Counted from the first letter of the stretch, positions 29,748-42,289 are shown. The stretch: DNA of 64,000 nt from an uncultured cyanobacterium (GCA_963740315.1 CAVUDP010000001.1:896001-960000), one strand, 5' to 3'. Made by a program: numbers and translations. The notes: generated by a model not told the origin, from the sequence alone.

Positions 29748-29845
29748 GGTGATTTTGGATTTTCTTAAATTAGGGTTCTATTAATTTTATGTTAACAATT
29801 TCGGAAGATTGACGTTGTTAAAATATGCGTGTTAAACCGACATTA

Positions 29846-30004
29846 ATGTAGAGACGTTGCAGTGCAACGTCTTCCTGTATTTTGAGCGTTATTTAGAATT
29901 GGGGAAAATAGTTTTAAAACACTAATCTTGTGAGAAATGTTGCGGAAGGGATATTTGTTAAATCGAAATATTGCAGGAGACGTAGCAGTGCTACGTCTCT
30001 ACAT
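29846..30004. repeat. Inverted pair of GTAGAGACG REP-like palindromes
   Basis: ATGTAGAGACGTTGCAGTGCAACGTCT ... AGACGTAGCAGTGCTACGTCTCTACAT; another copy at about 53601-53630. Confidence 0.8.
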
Positions 30005-30016
30005 TATTGTGATTAT

Positions 30017-30850
30017 TTACAGTTTGCCGGTGAATACTTTTTCGGCTGGTCCACTCATGTAGATTCGTTGGTCATCTGACCATTCTATTAGTAATAGTCC
30101 TCCGGGAAGTTCTACGGTAGCTTTGCGATCGCATTTCCCGTTCAATACTCCAGCTACTAAGGAAGCACAAGCACCAGTACCGCAGGCTAATGTTATACCT
30201 GCGCCGCGTTCCCATACTCGCATTTTTACGTAGTTGGAACTGACAATTTGAATAAATTCAGTGTTGATTCTTTCGGGGAAAGCTGGGTGATTTTCAAACT
30301 GAGGACCGATTTTTTCTAACTCAATGGCTGCAACGTCTTCTACAAAGGTAATGCAGTGCGGATTACCCATATTTACACAGGTAACATCCCAAGATTTACC
30401 CGCTATTTCCACCGTTTGATTAATTACCTTTTCATTTTCACCGGCAAGAGTAGTAGGAATTTCACCAGCAGTCAATCTAGGATTCCCCATATCAACTTTA
30501 ATTTGACCGTCAGCCATTAATTGAGGCGCGATCGTACCAGCTAAAGTATGAATGCTGTACTTATCGCTTTTCGCGTCTCCTTCCAACTCAGCCAAAAAAG
30601 CAGCCATACAGCGAATACCATTACCGCACATTTCCGGTTCCGAACCATCGGAGTTAAAAATCCGCATCGTATAGTCAGTACCATTTTGACCGGGCAAGGC
30701 AAAAATGACACCATCAGCACCGATACCAAAATGGCGATCGCACAATTTAACTGCTTGGTCTGGAGTAACCGCCGGTTCTGAACTTGAGCGATTATCAATC
30801 AAAATAAAATCGTTACCTAAACCATGATACTTAGTAAAATCAATTGCCAT
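30017..30850 (-). CDS. dapF: Diaminopimelate epimerase
   Basis: [36 protein letters not shown]. Confidence 0.97.
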   Translation of the reverse strand: MAIDFTKYHGLGNDFILIDNRSSSEPAVTPDQAVKLCDRHFGIGADGVIFALPGQNGTDYTMRIFNSDGSEPEMCGNGIRCMAAFLAELEGDAKSDKYSIHTLAGTIAPQLMADGQIKVDMGNPRLTAGEIPTTLAGENEKVINQTVEIAGKSWDVTCVNMGNPHCITFVEDVAAIELEKIGPQFENHPAFPERINTEFIQIVSSNYVKMRVWERGAGITLACGTGACASLVAGVLNGKCDRKATVELPGGLLLIEWSDDQRIYMSGPAEKVFTGKL

Positions 30851-30886
30851 TTGTTCTATGAATGAATTATTACAGTAAAAGAAATA

Positions 30887-30995
30887 GTGAGGAGTGAGGA
30901 GTTAGGAATTAGGAGTTAGGAATTAGGAGTTAGCAGTTAATTTTTCTACCCCCTCTTCCCCCTCTTCCCCCTCTTCCTCCTCTCCTCTTCCTAAC
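30887..30995. repeat. STRR tract
   Basis: (TTAGGAG/A)n and (CCCCTCTTC)n runs. Confidence 0.85.
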
Positions 30996-31024
30996 TAATT
31001 TACATTCATACATCATTACGAAAA

Positions 31025-31240
31025 ATGTTGACACAATTCGATACCTCATTACCCAGCATCAAGCAAGTTCAAAGGTTAATCAAAGAGAAAACCTCAATTG
31101 AATTAAAGCTGATAACCGGCGACACGATCGCGGGACAATTATTATGGCAAGACTTAGAGTGTTTTTGCATCATGGCGAACGATAATCAAAAAACCACCGT
31201 CTGGAAGCAAGCGATCGCTTATTTGAAGGTTGGGAGTTAA
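31025..31240 (+). CDS. hfq: Cyanobacterial Hfq-like Sm protein
   Basis: FDTSLPSIKQVQ, IELKLITGD, LLWQD, VWKQAIAY. Confidence 0.88.
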   Translation: MLTQFDTSLPSIKQVQRLIKEKTSIELKLITGDTIAGQLLWQDLECFCIMANDNQKTTVWKQAIAYLKVGS

Positions 31241-31420
31241 GGGGATGGGGGGATGGGGGGATGGGGGGATGGGGAGATGGGGAGATGGGGGGATGGGGGG
31301 ATGGGGTGACAAGGAGATAAAAAGAATTTTAACCTTTAACCTTTAACCTTTAACCTTAATTACTCCCTATTCCCTATTCCCCATTCCCATGCCCAATGCC
31401 CCGTGCCCAATCCCCATTCT
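31241..31420. repeat. Composite tract, inverted relative to those at 6396 and 33846
   Basis: (GGGGGATG)n, AAAAAGAATTTTAACC junction, (TTTAACC)n. Confidence 0.9.
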
Positions 31421-33760
31421 TCATTCCCTCAACTCATCGAGCGGTAAATATTCGCGTAATGCTTCTAATTCTGCGGCTTTGACTACTGGAATTGATAAGA
31501 CTGGGGGGTTAGTTTGGGGTAAAAATAGTTCTTCTAATTGAACTAAAGCTGATAATCGACCGCATAATAATAGTTGATCGCGGTTTTGTAGTTTGGTTTT
31601 GCCGTTGGGATAGCGAATAAATTTTCCTTCTCGTCGGATTGCCTGTATTTCTACGCTGTGTTGCTGACGTACATTTAAATCTGCAATGGTTTTACCTAAG
31701 ATGGGGGATTCCGAATCGAGTTTTATCCACTGACAAGCGCTGTTTTCTCCGGGTACAGTGGCTTTCCCGGATGCGAATTCGTCTAAGGCGGCTATTTCTT
31801 CGGATGAGCCGACTACTAAAAGCCGATCGCCTTCTTCTAAGATGGTTGCAGCGTCGGGATAATCTATTTCTTCTTTGCTGGTGCGTTGAATTGCCATTAA
31901 GCTAACGCCGGTTAGATAGCGCATATCGGCTTGTTCTAAGGTCATTCCTACTAATGGTGAGTTTGTTGGTAGGGGATACCAGCGTTTGTTTAAGTCGGCT
32001 GTGGCGCGTCGTAAATCGCGGGCTACTTCGGAGGCTGATTGTTCGGGACGAAAATCTAAGTAGTGACGCTGGCGGATTTCTTGGATTTCTCGCTGTACCC
32101 CTGCTGGTGATAAGCCGACATCTGTTAGCACAAAGGAAACCATTTCTAAACTAGCTTCAAACTCTGGCTGTACTACTTCTCGCGCTCCTAGTTGGTAGAG
32201 TGCTTCAATGTTTTTGTTATTTGTGGCGCGAACAACTATATTTAATTCGGGAAATAATTCTAAACCGCGACGTAAAGTCAGACGGGTACTCATTGGATCG
32301 GGAAGTGCGATCGCCATTGCTTTGGCTTGATTGACTCCTGCTGTTTCTAAGACGTGAAAGCTAACGCAGTTGCCGTATACGTAAGGAATTCCGGCTTCCC
32401 GCAGTTGCTGAATTACTCTTTCGGATTGATCTATAACTATTACAGGTAGTTTATGGGAAAGCAGCAATTTAACTAAATTTTTGCCTACTCTACCGTAACC
32501 GCAAACTATTACATGATCTTTTATTGGTAAATCGTCGGCTACGTCGATGGGTTTGCCTTCGCCCTCCAGATAAGGCTTTAACCAAGGCATTGTTTCTGCC
32601 CAATCAAATAAAATTGGTACCAGTCGCAACACGAAAGGCGTAATCACTAATGTTACTGCTGTTGTTCCTAATATCAGTAAATATACTTGACGAGATACCA
32701 ACCCCAACTGTTGACCTTCACTAGCCAAAACAAACGAAAATTCACCAATTTGAGACAGTCCCAAACCCGCAATTATAGCCGTCTTCAGCGGATAACGAAA
32801 TATTTTTACTAAAGGAGTGATAATTAAAAATTTACCGATAAATACCAGCGTTACCAATCCTAAAATTAATTCCAGATGGCTCCACAAAAAGACTGGATCG
32901 ATCAACATCCCGATCGCAGCAAAAAACAAAGTGGCGAAAATATCTCGCACGGGTTCTACATAAGTCAAAGTTTGATCGGCGTATTCCACCTCGGAAATCA
33001 TCAAACCGGCGACAAAAGCCCCCATTTCAATGGAAAGCCCCAACTCTTCGGTTAACAAAGCGATTCCCAAACACAAAGCCACCACACCCAACAAAAATAA
33101 CTCCCGACTTTCCGTGCGTGCTAGCAACTGTAACAAAGGTGGAATCAGCCAAATACCCGTAGCCACAGCACCCGCAGCAAACAAACCAATCTTTAACAGC
33201 GCCATTAGCACCGCCACACCAAGAGTTTCCAAAGGCTGATCCAAAGCGGGTAACACTGCTAGCATTAACCCCAACGCCAAATCCTGCACCACCAGGATTC
33301 CCAACATCACTTGTCCGTGGGGGGTTTCCGTTTCGTTGCGTTCCATCAAACACTTCAAAACCACCGCAGTAGAAGACAAAGATAAAATCGCCCCCAAAAA
33401 CACACCTTGAACCGGCGAATCTACCCAACCTACCCCCACAGATATCAAAGTTGTGACGGCGATCGTTAAAATAATTTGTAAACCGCCACCACCCAAACTA
33501 ATTTTCTTAACCTTATTGAGTTCCGCAAAAGAAAACTCCACCCCCAGCGCAAACAGCAAAAAAGCCACACCAAACTGCGCCAAAGTTTCAACTTGGATAA
33601 ACTCCTTAATCAACCCAAACCCAGCAGGACCAATGATCATCCCCCCCACGAGATACCCCAACAACACGGGTAAACCCAAAAGCGAAGCAAACAATCCCCC
33701 ACCCGCAGCAACAGCGAGAACCGAAACCAAATCAACAATTAATCTAAAATCTTCTTGCAC
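31421..33760 (-). CDS. CPA2 cation:proton antiporter with TrkA-N and TrkA-C domains (Kef-like)
   Basis: SLSSTAVV, VQDL, QIGEFSFVL, GYGRVG. Confidence 0.93.
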   Translation of the reverse strand: MQEDFRLIVDLVSVLAVAAGGGLFASLLGLPVLLGYLVGGMIIGPAGFGLIKEFIQVETLAQFGVAFLLFALGVEFSFAELNKVKKISLGGGGLQIILTIAVTTLISVGVGWVDSPVQGVFLGAILSLSSTAVVLKCLMERNETETPHGQVMLGILVVQDLALGLMLAVLPALDQPLETLGVAVLMALLKIGLFAAGAVATGIWLIPPLLQLLARTESRELFLLGVVALCLGIALLTEELGLSIEMGAFVAGLMISEVEYADQTLTYVEPVRDIFATLFFAAIGMLIDPVFLWSHLELILGLVTLVFIGKFLIITPLVKIFRYPLKTAIIAGLGLSQIGEFSFVLASEGQQLGLVSRQVYLLILGTTAVTLVITPFVLRLVPILFDWAETMPWLKPYLEGEGKPIDVADDLPIKDHVIVCGYGRVGKNLVKLLLSHKLPVIVIDQSERVIQQLREAGIPYVYGNCVSFHVLETAGVNQAKAMAIALPDPMSTRLTLRRGLELFPELNIVVRATNNKNIEALYQLGAREVVQPEFEASLEMVSFVLTDVGLSPAGVQREIQEIRQRHYLDFRPEQSASEVARDLRRATADLNKRWYPLPTNSPLVGMTLEQADMRYLTGVSLMAIQRTSKEEIDYPDAATILEEGDRLLVVGSSEEIAALDEFASGKATVPGENSACQWIKLDSESPILGKTIADLNVRQQHSVEIQAIRREGKFIRYPNGKTKLQNRDQLLLCGRLSALVQLEELFLPQTNPPVLSIPVVKAAELEALREYLPLDELRE

Positions 33761-33845
33761 AGCTTATAAAAAAATATTAATATCCCTGTTTATTAGCATA
33801 CAAAGATTCGTGAAGACTGACTCAGAAAAGAATGGGAATTAGGGA

Positions 33846-34155
33846 TTAAGGTTAAAGGTTAAAGGTTAAAATTCTTTTTGTCTCCTTGTCTCCTTGTCCC
33901 CCCATCCCCCCATCTCCCCATCTCCCCATCTCCCCATCTCCCCATCCCCCCATCCCCCCATCTCCCCATCTCCCCATCCCCCCATCTCCCCATCTCCCCA
34001 TCCCCCCATCTCCCCATCCCCCCATCTCCCCATCCCCCCATCTCCCCATCCCCCCATCTCCCCATCCCCCCATCTCCCCATCTCCCCATCTCCCCATCCC
34101 CCCATCTCCCCATCCCCCCATCTCCCCATCTCCCCATCTCCCCCTCTCCCATTCC
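33846..34155. repeat. Composite tract: (GGTTAAA)n, junction, (CCCCATCY)n
   Basis: About 30 octamer units; junction GGTTAAAATTCTTTTTGTCTCC identical to 6431. Confidence 0.95.
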
Positions 34156-34158
34156 CAA

Positions 34159-35544
34159 TCAAATAATCATTTCTTCCAAAGCTGTTTGTAAATCTTGGGT
34201 TAATTGAGCGACTGCTTGTTTTGCGGCTTGATGATTTTGTTTGTTTGAAGCGCGATCGCTTACGTCTATTGGTTGTGCGACAGTAATTGTACTCTTTCGC
34301 CATCCTAAGCGGGGACGACGAGGATTTTTGTTGCCTTTGATTCTGGCGATCGCATCAAATAAGATTAAGCTTGTTTCGGCAAATCTTTCAAAGCTGGGTT
34401 TTTGCTGAATGTAAGTACCCGTGACGGCGACAAAACTTTCTACCAAACGCATATGCTGCATCCGTAAGTCGGCTTCTGCGGCAATCCAATCTGCTAATCC
34501 GCGTTTGAGGGGAGATAATTTTTTCAATTTAGTCGAATCTTGGCGATAAATATAATTCCAACCAGCTTCTTCTAAACGACGACAGCGTTTGATGATATTT
34601 CCGGTTTTTTTAATACCAAAATATTCTTCTCCTACTTCCAAAGATACATCTAATAATCTTTGCAGTCTGGCGGTAAAATCTTCTTCTGGACTAATCGATT
34701 CAGATGAAGGTAAATCGCGATGATAAAAACAACGATAAAATTCTTCCATTTCACAAAGAAAATATTCTCCCAGCTTTAATAAACGCGGGTAAAATAATTT
34801 TTCTGGTTCTTCTGCTTTGATGTCTATTGTTTGTTTTGGTAAACCACAATCTGCTTCTAGATTACTTAACAAGCGATCGAGTTTCGACCACTGAGGATTA
34901 ATGTAATGATACTGAATATTAATCGGAACAACGATAACTCTTTCAATACGGTTGACTTTTTTTAAATCCTCTACAGTCCAAAACGCTAATTGAGCTACAC
35001 CAGATTCGAGGGGGCTAACAACTTCACTGTGACCATTAGTAGCACCTTCGGGGGCAACCACTAAAGGAAATTTACCATTAATCAATAATTCTCTAATCTT
35101 TTTAATCGCTTGCAAATCCAGAATTCTACCTCGATGTACGGAAACACCTCCCATCTGAGATAACAACCAACCCAGCCAATTACCAGCCCAGATTGTCATA
35201 CCTCTGTCGTACATAAAATGCACTTGGATTGGAGATTGTAAACTAATATTTTGTTGGCGAGCAATCCTGCGTATGCCGCGAGAAAATAAATATAAACCGC
35301 TAAGGGGATCGTCTACTTCACAATGACGAAAAGCAAACATGAGGCGAATTTTACCTATCTGGAATTGATGGTAAAGCTTAACAAGAGTTTCTCCATTGAC
35401 TATTTCAACTTGGCTAATTCCTGCTGGCAACCAAGGTAGCAATCGAAATCTTCGTAAAATAGGCAATAACCAATAAACAAGCCGAATAATAAAGGGGTTA
35501 AAATTCGGAGGAATAAAATCAAGTTTTGGTTTAGCGCGTTGCAT
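34159..35544 (-). CDS. Glycerol-phosphate acyltransferase (PlsC-like) family protein
   Basis: RHCEVDD (HxxxxD), VHRG, APEG motifs. Confidence 0.85.
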   Translation of the reverse strand: MQRAKPKLDFIPPNFNPFIIRLVYWLLPILRRFRLLPWLPAGISQVEIVNGETLVKLYHQFQIGKIRLMFAFRHCEVDDPLSGLYLFSRGIRRIARQQNISLQSPIQVHFMYDRGMTIWAGNWLGWLLSQMGGVSVHRGRILDLQAIKKIRELLINGKFPLVVAPEGATNGHSEVVSPLESGVAQLAFWTVEDLKKVNRIERVIVVPINIQYHYINPQWSKLDRLLSNLEADCGLPKQTIDIKAEEPEKLFYPRLLKLGEYFLCEMEEFYRCFYHRDLPSSESISPEEDFTARLQRLLDVSLEVGEEYFGIKKTGNIIKRCRRLEEAGWNYIYRQDSTKLKKLSPLKRGLADWIAAEADLRMQHMRLVESFVAVTGTYIQQKPSFERFAETSLILFDAIARIKGNKNPRRPRLGWRKSTITVAQPIDVSDRASNKQNHQAAKQAVAQLTQDLQTALEEMII

Positions 35545-36024
35545 ATGTTCGGCGATCGGTTATCAGTTAAAGGAAATCATATTTTCCTATTCAAGAATAA
35601 GCTAATTCCGAACTCATAAATCTCTTTCGACCCGATTTTCCGTGTTTACTAGTATTTCTTGGTAGTTAATGTAGTTCTAATTTTGTAGTATTAACCGACC
35701 ATTCAAGAATTGTATAATATGTCAAAATAGAAGGGAGCAAGGAACGGGCAACAGGTACAAGAAGTAGCAATAATAGTTAATGCCAAATGAAAAAAACAAT
35801 TTTTTTTGTATCCCAATGGTTGTAAGTTCTTATACTTAGTTAATATTTTTAGCATTACTAATTTTTTTTTAAATTTCACCAAGTAATTTGGCGTGAACAA
35901 ATATCACTCCAAAACAAGTTTTTTACCAATGGTTACATAATTGGTTTTATATGTGCTGACTTACTTACAGTTTCTATTTTCTATTCCTTGAATCAAACCG
36001 AATTCCTATAACTGATAACTGATT

Positions 36025-37497
36025 ATGCATATAATTTGGTTTCGTCGAGATTTACGTTTAAGTGACAACGAAATCGTTAGTCAAGCTGCTAATAACACCG
36101 AAGTTTTACCATGCTTTATTATCGATCCTTGGTTTTATCAGTGGAAAGATATTGGTAAGGCACGAGTCAGATTTTTATTTGAATCTTTGGAAGATTTGGA
36201 TAATAATCTCCAAAAACTAGGTAGCAAGCTATATTTATTTGAAGGAAATGCAGTAGATATTCTGCAACAGCTAACTAGCGAATTAATAGAATGCGATCGC
36301 CAACCAAAACTTTATTTTAACCGCGACGTACAGGTAGAATATGGTATCGAACGGGACAAATCAATCGTAGATTTTTACCAGCAAAAAAACCTGGAATATC
36401 ACATCGGTTTAAACAACTTTATTCAACCAAACGAACGTCGCGATGAATGGTTTAACGAATATTACACTTATCAAAGAGGAGAATTACATCCAACCCCGAC
36501 TGATATAAATACACCGCAATTATCTTTAAATGTACCCCAACTGACAATCGAAGAATTAAAGCAGAAATATCGCAGTTTTTGGGAAACAGAAATTTATTTT
36601 CCTGGTGGAGAAACAGAATCTACAGCTATATTAAATTCATTCCTTTCGAGTAGATTTAAAGGGTATCATTGGAAACTTTCTCGTCCCTGGTTGGCGCAGA
36701 AAAGATCGACATCACACCTTTCACCTTACTTAACTTTCGGAACAATTTCCACGCGCACTGTATATCAAAGAACTAAAAAACGCGCCGAAGAATTAGAGAA
36801 ACAACCTACATCTGGATTTTCTTTAAAAGCATTTAGAGATCGTTTGCGATGGCGCGATAGCTTCAATCAACGTTTATATTCCCATCCAGAAATAGCTTAC
36901 ATCAATCGCTACTCAGAATTCGACGAATATTATAAACCCGATCCATTAACACCCGAAAAGCAAGAATTATTTGAAGCTTGGTGTGAAGGGATGACAGGTT
37001 TTCCAATGGTAGATGCGAGTATGCGTCAATTGGAAAGAATGGGTTGGATGAATTTCCGAATGCGGGCAATGTGCGCGACTTTCTTAACAATAAACTGTGG
37101 TATTTCCTGGCATCATGGTGCCGAACATTTTATGAATTACTTAATAGATGGAGACTTAGCCATAGATAATTGGCAGTGGCAAATGCAAGCAGGAATTACC
37201 AATCCCCTCAGCAGCACTTTCCGAATTTATAATCCTACCAAGAACATTAAAGAAAAAGACCCAGAATTAAACTATATTTACCATTGGGTTGAAGAATTGA
37301 GAGGTTATAGTTTACCAGAAATTCTTGCTGGAGAATACATCAATGAAAGTTCTTATCCGCAACCGATGATTGATTGGTCGCAAACACGTAAAGTAAACGG
37401 TAAAATAGTTTCGGATTTACGTAAAAAAGTTAGAGCAAGATTGCTTTGTGAGAAAGGGGAAGAATACGATAATGCAATTGCGGCAAAAGGTTCGTAG
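36025..37497 (+). CDS. Cryptochrome/DNA photolyase family protein
   Basis: WFRRDLRLSDN, SHLSPYLTFG, TGFPMVDASMRQL, WMNFRMR, WQWQ. Confidence 0.92.
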   Translation: MHIIWFRRDLRLSDNEIVSQAANNTEVLPCFIIDPWFYQWKDIGKARVRFLFESLEDLDNNLQKLGSKLYLFEGNAVDILQQLTSELIECDRQPKLYFNRDVQVEYGIERDKSIVDFYQQKNLEYHIGLNNFIQPNERRDEWFNEYYTYQRGELHPTPTDINTPQLSLNVPQLTIEELKQKYRSFWETEIYFPGGETESTAILNSFLSSRFKGYHWKLSRPWLAQKRSTSHLSPYLTFGTISTRTVYQRTKKRAEELEKQPTSGFSLKAFRDRLRWRDSFNQRLYSHPEIAYINRYSEFDEYYKPDPLTPEKQELFEAWCEGMTGFPMVDASMRQLERMGWMNFRMRAMCATFLTINCGISWHHGAEHFMNYLIDGDLAIDNWQWQMQAGITNPLSSTFRIYNPTKNIKEKDPELNYIYHWVEELRGYSLPEILAGEYINESSYPQPMIDWSQTRKVNGKIVSDLRKKVRARLLCEKGEEYDNAIAAKGS

Positions 37498-37545
37498 TAA
37501 GGGCTTTAGCCCTTTCCTATGAGGGCTAAAGCCCTGACTACGAAC
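37490..37545. repeat. GTAGTAAGGGC-family palindrome between convergent genes
   Basis: GTTCGTAGTAAGGGCTTTAGCCCT-8 nt-AGGGCTAAAGCCCTGACTACGAAC. Confidence 0.9.
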
Positions 37546-37744
37546 TATGAATCTTTTCTTCTAAATCTCCAACTTCAAAAGTTTGGGTTCCCACCGTTAC
37601 TTTATCTCCGGTTACTAATTTTTTACCCCGGCGAGTTTCCACGGTACCATTAACTTGAACTTCACCATCCACAATCATGTGTTTGGCTTGCCCTCCGGTT
37701 TGCGCGATACCTATAAACTTCAAAAATTGGTCGAGTTTAATCAT
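37538..37744 (-). CDS. RNA-binding S4-domain protein (YaaA/YbcJ-like)
   Basis: IKLDQFLK, TGGQAK, VNGTVETRRGKKL. Confidence 0.92.
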   Translation of the reverse strand: MIKLDQFLKFIGIAQTGGQAKHMIVDGEVQVNGTVETRRGKKLVTGDKVTVGTQTFEVGDLEEKIHSS

Positions 37745-37754
37745 TATCAATTAT

Positions 37755-40568
37755 CTAATGAAAATATTGCATTAATATCGATTCCAATTTAACAATACCA
37801 ATTGGTTTACTCACAAAATCATTGGCACCTGCTTGAATATATTTATTACGTATATCATCCGTGGGACTTGGTGTCATCATTACTACAACTTTATCTTGTA
37901 AATCTGAAGTTTGTCGTAAGGAAGTAAGTAAATCCCAACCGCTAAAATTTTCTAATTGGATATCTAACAAAATTAAATTCGGTTGATAAATCCGAACTTT
38001 TTCTAAAAATTCTTGCTCATCTGGCATCCATTCTACTTGATAGCCAATTGTTTGCAAATAATCTTGTAATAATGTCCCGGTATGTTTGTCGTCTTCCACT
38101 AATAAAATGCGCTTTTGGATCGCAGTATTTCTAGAAGCGATCGCCTGATTGATATGCTGAATTTTTGCTTCCCATTTATCGATTTCGCTGTCTTCTTGAA
38201 ATTCACCATCGGGAATAAATAAAGTAAATTTACTACCTTTTCCATATGTTGATTCTACCGTTACATCTCCACCGTGCAAGCGGGCTAATTTGCGCGTTAA
38301 AGCTAAACCCAAACCAGTACCTTCATACTGACGATTTAAGCGAGAATCAAGTTGTTTAAAAGGTTCAAATAAAAGTTTTAATTGATTTGACTTAATACCA
38401 ATGCCAGTATCAGATACCTCAAATGCTATACCTCCAGAGATTCTGATTACTTGCAATGAAATTTTACCCTTTGAAGTGAATTTAATGGCGTTGGTAAGTA
38501 AATTCAATAGCATTTGCTTGATTCGGCGTTCATCAGCAACACAAATATTTATTTTGTCAATCGAATAAGTTAACGCTAATCCTTTTTCTTCGGCGCGATC
38601 GCGTACTGTTGATATAACGTAATTACATAAATCTTCTACCTGTAAAGGAAATAACGATAATTCTTCTTTTCCTGCTTCTACCTTTGATAGATCGAGAATA
38701 TCGTTAATCAGTTCCAATAAATGTACGCCACTGCTATATATACAGTCAATATATTCTTTTTGCTTGTCATTAATAGAACCAATAATTTCTTGTTGAAGCA
38801 ACTGTGATAAACCCATAATTGCATTCAGAGGTGTTCGCAATTCATGGCTCATTGTTGCTAAAAACTCACTTTTTGCCCGACTGCCAACTTCTGCGGCTTC
38901 TTTACTTTCTCGTAATTTTGATTCAGTTTGTTTACGTTCGCGAATATCTTCAATAATAGCAAGAAAGAACTTCGGTTTACCATTTGCACGTACAATCAAA
39001 GAAATACTTAAATGCGTCCAAATTGTACCACCATCTTTGTGTAAAAGCTGTCTTTCTATTTCCAAACGCTCAACTTTACCTAACATCAATTGCTTGTAAA
39101 CTGCCACATCTCCATTTTCAAAGTAAATATAATCTGCAAAACTTTTTTGACTAAGCTCGCGAACATCATAACTTAACATTTCACAAAGCGCCGGATTGAC
39201 ATCAACAATTCTGCCTTTTATATCTACTAAACAGATACCCATAGAAGAACGTTCAAAAATCGCCCTAAATTGCGTTTCACTCTGTTTCAATGCCTTTTGC
39301 GCGGCTTTACGCTCGCTTGCTTCTATTGCTAATGTCACAAAATCTGCGATCGAACTCGCAAAACTTTCTTCTTCCAAACTCCATTTATAGCATGAAGATA
39401 TATCGTTATCGAAGTAAGCATAACATATAATACCTACTATATTACCCTTAAGCCAAATCGATACATTTAATACACTTGTTACACCAAATGCAGCCAGATA
39501 AAAATTTGAGAGTTCTTGATTTACAACATCTAAAGTATTATCGTCAGAATTAATTCCGTTTTCTAAATCTGCAAAATAATTAGGAAAATCCTCTTTTCTT
39601 AAAACAATCGATTTTGAATGACTCTGGGCAATACGGCTATATAAATCAATACTTTGCAATTGAGAAAGATCGTCATTATATAACCAAACGCCTACTTGAT
39701 TTACATTTAAAGTTGTTGCAGCAGCTTGTGTAATCTGCCTGATTCCATCAATCAAACTTCCTTGAATAAAAGCTTTACTACTAGCTAATTCTATTAAAGT
39801 TTGATTTTGGAGTCTTAACAGATTTTCTTTTTGCCGCTCTGTAATATCTCTTATTGCCGCTACTTTTATATGAGAACTATCAGAAATTATTTTAGCTTGA
39901 ATTTCTATCGGAAATGTAGAACCGTCTTTTCTGATTGCAGTTACTTTATAAGGTTTTTCATAACCAGAAAGATTTTTTCTAATTAATTCTTGCGATTCTG
40001 CCGTAGCTAATTCAAAGCCATTTTTACCAATTAATTCATCCACTTCATAACCAGTTATTTGGGCTAAAATATGATTTACGTCTAAAATAATTCCTTCAAA
40101 AGTAGCCTCTGACAAAAAACGCCACTTTGCTTCATTGCTATCTTGATTCTGAGAATGCCTGTTCTCAATCCGGATATCTACATTAGAGCGTTTTCGTCTC
40201 TCGATTGCAGATATCACCATCCTTCTTATTTGTTCGTTAGTCTGATTTTTTACTATAACTTCCTCAGCACCCGACGCGATCGCTTTTTGTAAACTTACTT
40301 CATTCCGATTTCCACTGATTACCATAATTGCCGTATTAGGCAACAGTAAATATATTGATGAAATAAATTCAAAATCGTCAATATTCTTTAGCGATAGATT
40401 TAAGATAATCGCATCGATCGATTGAGCAGAGCTAACCAATTTAGCTTCAGACAAGTCATTTGCTACGATAACTTGATGCGGCAAGAGCATTGGTTGCAAC
40501 CACTGAATATCGCTTTGATTCGTTTTTAGCACCAAAATACCATAGTTATTCAATGTCATGCTCATCAC
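37755..40568 (-). CDS. Hybrid histidine kinase (REC-PAS-GAF-PAS-HisKA-HATPase-REC)
   Basis: [31 protein letters not shown]-terminal receiver domain. Confidence 0.93.
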   Translation of the reverse strand: MMSMTLNNYGILVLKTNQSDIQWLQPMLLPHQVIVANDLSEAKLVSSAQSIDAIILNLSLKNIDDFEFISSIYLLLPNTAIMVISGNRNEVSLQKAIASGAEEVIVKNQTNEQIRRMVISAIERRKRSNVDIRIENRHSQNQDSNEAKWRFLSEATFEGIILDVNHILAQITGYEVDELIGKNGFELATAESQELIRKNLSGYEKPYKVTAIRKDGSTFPIEIQAKIISDSSHIKVAAIRDITERQKENLLRLQNQTLIELASSKAFIQGSLIDGIRQITQAAATTLNVNQVGVWLYNDDLSQLQSIDLYSRIAQSHSKSIVLRKEDFPNYFADLENGINSDDNTLDVVNQELSNFYLAAFGVTSVLNVSIWLKGNIVGIICYAYFDNDISSCYKWSLEEESFASSIADFVTLAIEASERKAAQKALKQSETQFRAIFERSSMGICLVDIKGRIVDVNPALCEMLSYDVRELSQKSFADYIYFENGDVAVYKQLMLGKVERLEIERQLLHKDGGTIWTHLSISLIVRANGKPKFFLAIIEDIRERKQTESKLRESKEAAEVGSRAKSEFLATMSHELRTPLNAIMGLSQLLQQEIIGSINDKQKEYIDCIYSSGVHLLELINDILDLSKVEAGKEELSLFPLQVEDLCNYVISTVRDRAEEKGLALTYSIDKINICVADERRIKQMLLNLLTNAIKFTSKGKISLQVIRISGGIAFEVSDTGIGIKSNQLKLLFEPFKQLDSRLNRQYEGTGLGLALTRKLARLHGGDVTVESTYGKGSKFTLFIPDGEFQEDSEIDKWEAKIQHINQAIASRNTAIQKRILLVEDDKHTGTLLQDYLQTIGYQVEWMPDEQEFLEKVRIYQPNLILLDIQLENFSGWDLLTSLRQTSDLQDKVVVMMTPSPTDDIRNKYIQAGANDFVSKPIGIVKLESILMQYFH

Positions 40569-40845
40569 CAGTAGAGCAAATATTTAAAATTACGACGCAA
40601 TCAAAACATTACTAGTGTCTCATAAAATGCCAGAAGTATGAAAATATTTTTTTGTAGACGTATATTTACGTAGAAGAATTGCAAGACTATGAATTTGAGG
40701 TCAGAGTTTGAAGTTTGAAAAATTATTCGGTGCCTTTTATAAATTTATACCATAGTGCTGAGGTTAAAATCTATCTTTAGATTATTTACATTATTAAAGC
40801 AGGTGATAATTATGGTAATAGCAGCCCTTGTCTTCGAGTGAAAAA

Positions 40846-41772
40846 ATGACGAAAGACAGCACCAGAATAGTTTCCTTAATTCCCAGCGGGACTGAGATAT
40901 TAGCAGAGTTGGGATTAACCGATGCTATAGTCGGACGTTCCCATGAATGCGACTTTCCTGCTTCTATTGAAAATCTACCCGTTTGCACGATCGCAAGATT
41001 AAATAGTGACGCTGCGAGTAGCGAAATTCACGACAAAGTTAACGATTTATTGCAGTCTGCTTTGAGTATTTATCAAATCAAAACAGATGTTTTAGAGCAA
41101 TTACAGCCTACTCATATTATTACTCAAGATCAATGTGATGTTTGTGCTGTCAGCTTTGGAGAAGTTGAAAACGCGCTCAAAAGTCTTACCAATTGTTCGC
41201 CGCAAGTTATTTCTTTACAGCCAGATGTTCTTCAAGACGTTTGGAGCGATATTGCAAGAGTAGCTAAAGTTTTTGATGTAGATTCAAAAGCGGTTTTAGA
41301 AAGTTTAAAAAATCGCGTTACAAATATCGAGGCTAAAACTCAAACACTTCCCTTTGCAAATATTCCCAGCATCGGCTGTATCGAATGGACTGAACCCTTA
41401 ATGAGTGCAGCAAATTGGATTCCCGAATTAGTTACCTATGCTGGAGGGAAACCTTTATTTAGTCATAAGGGTAAACCATCGGAGAAATTGACATGGGAAA
41501 CTTTTGTCAGCAGCAATCCAGATATAATCATCTTTATGCCTTGCGGTTTCGACTTAAATCGCACTCGTAAAGAAGCCCATTCATTAACTCAACGTCCCGA
41601 ATGGCAAAAACTGCAAGCAGTGCAAAACGGTCAAGTTTACATCACAGATGGTAATTCCTACTTTAATCGTCCCGGACCCCGCTTAGCAGATTCGTTAGAA
41701 ATTTTAGCAGAAATCATCCATCCAGATATCTTTCAATATGGTTATGAAGGTAAAGGTTGGGAAAAGTTTTAA
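40846..41772 (+). CDS. Cobalamin/Fe-siderophore periplasmic-binding-type protein (BtuF-like)
   Basis: RIVSLIPSGTEI, VGRSHECDFP, TQDQCDVC, FNRPGPRL. Confidence 0.85.
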   Translation: MTKDSTRIVSLIPSGTEILAELGLTDAIVGRSHECDFPASIENLPVCTIARLNSDAASSEIHDKVNDLLQSALSIYQIKTDVLEQLQPTHIITQDQCDVCAVSFGEVENALKSLTNCSPQVISLQPDVLQDVWSDIARVAKVFDVDSKAVLESLKNRVTNIEAKTQTLPFANIPSIGCIEWTEPLMSAANWIPELVTYAGGKPLFSHKGKPSEKLTWETFVSSNPDIIIFMPCGFDLNRTRKEAHSLTQRPEWQKLQAVQNGQVYITDGNSYFNRPGPRLADSLEILAEIIHPDIFQYGYEGKGWEKF

Positions 41773-41842
41773 TTAGTTAGGAATTAGGAGTTAGGAGTTA
41801 GGAGTTAGGAGTTATATCATATTCGCTTAATTACTTATGAAA

Positions 41843-41919
41843 TGTCATTGCGAGTGGAACGGAGTGAAACGAAGCAACCACAACACTTTGAGATTGCTTC
41901 GCTGTCGCTCGCAATGACA
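41843..41919. repeat. Long palindromic dispersed element
   Basis: TGTCATTGCGAG...GAAGCAA...TTGCTTC...CTCGCAATGACA. Confidence 0.85.
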
Positions 41920-41976
41920 GAAATATTTTTGTTCACATACTTACAATCATACCTTTAACCTTTAATATGCAGACCT

Positions 41977-42267
41977 TTAACCTTTAACAATTATCCAATC
42001 AATAAGAGGTTTTAAAGTTTCGGGTATTGAGCTTTCATTTACAGTTACCGTATGCTGTTTATTTTTATCTTCTATTGTTAGCGTATATTGAAAGCGATCG
42101 CGTTGTTTGGATTCGTCCGCTATGTATGCAGGTAAATTAAAGAAATTTGCAGATTCTAACAACATTGGCAACTGTTCGGCTTGATTTTGCGGTAAATTCG
42201 CACTATCAATCTCGATAACTTTACTAATTCCAGCAAAACCGCCGCTACGCTCTAAAGATATTAACAT
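41977..42267 (-). CDS. Emfourin (protealysin inhibitor)
   Basis: ERSGGFAG, DRFQYTLTI; directly downstream of an M4 protease; start placed at ATG 42267. Confidence 0.9.
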   Translation of the reverse strand: MLISLERSGGFAGISKVIEIDSANLPQNQAEQLPMLLESANFFNLPAYIADESKQRDRFQYTLTIEDKNKQHTVTVNESSIPETLKPLIDWIIVKG

Positions 42268-42289
42268 TTTGATTGGGAATTGGGAATTG

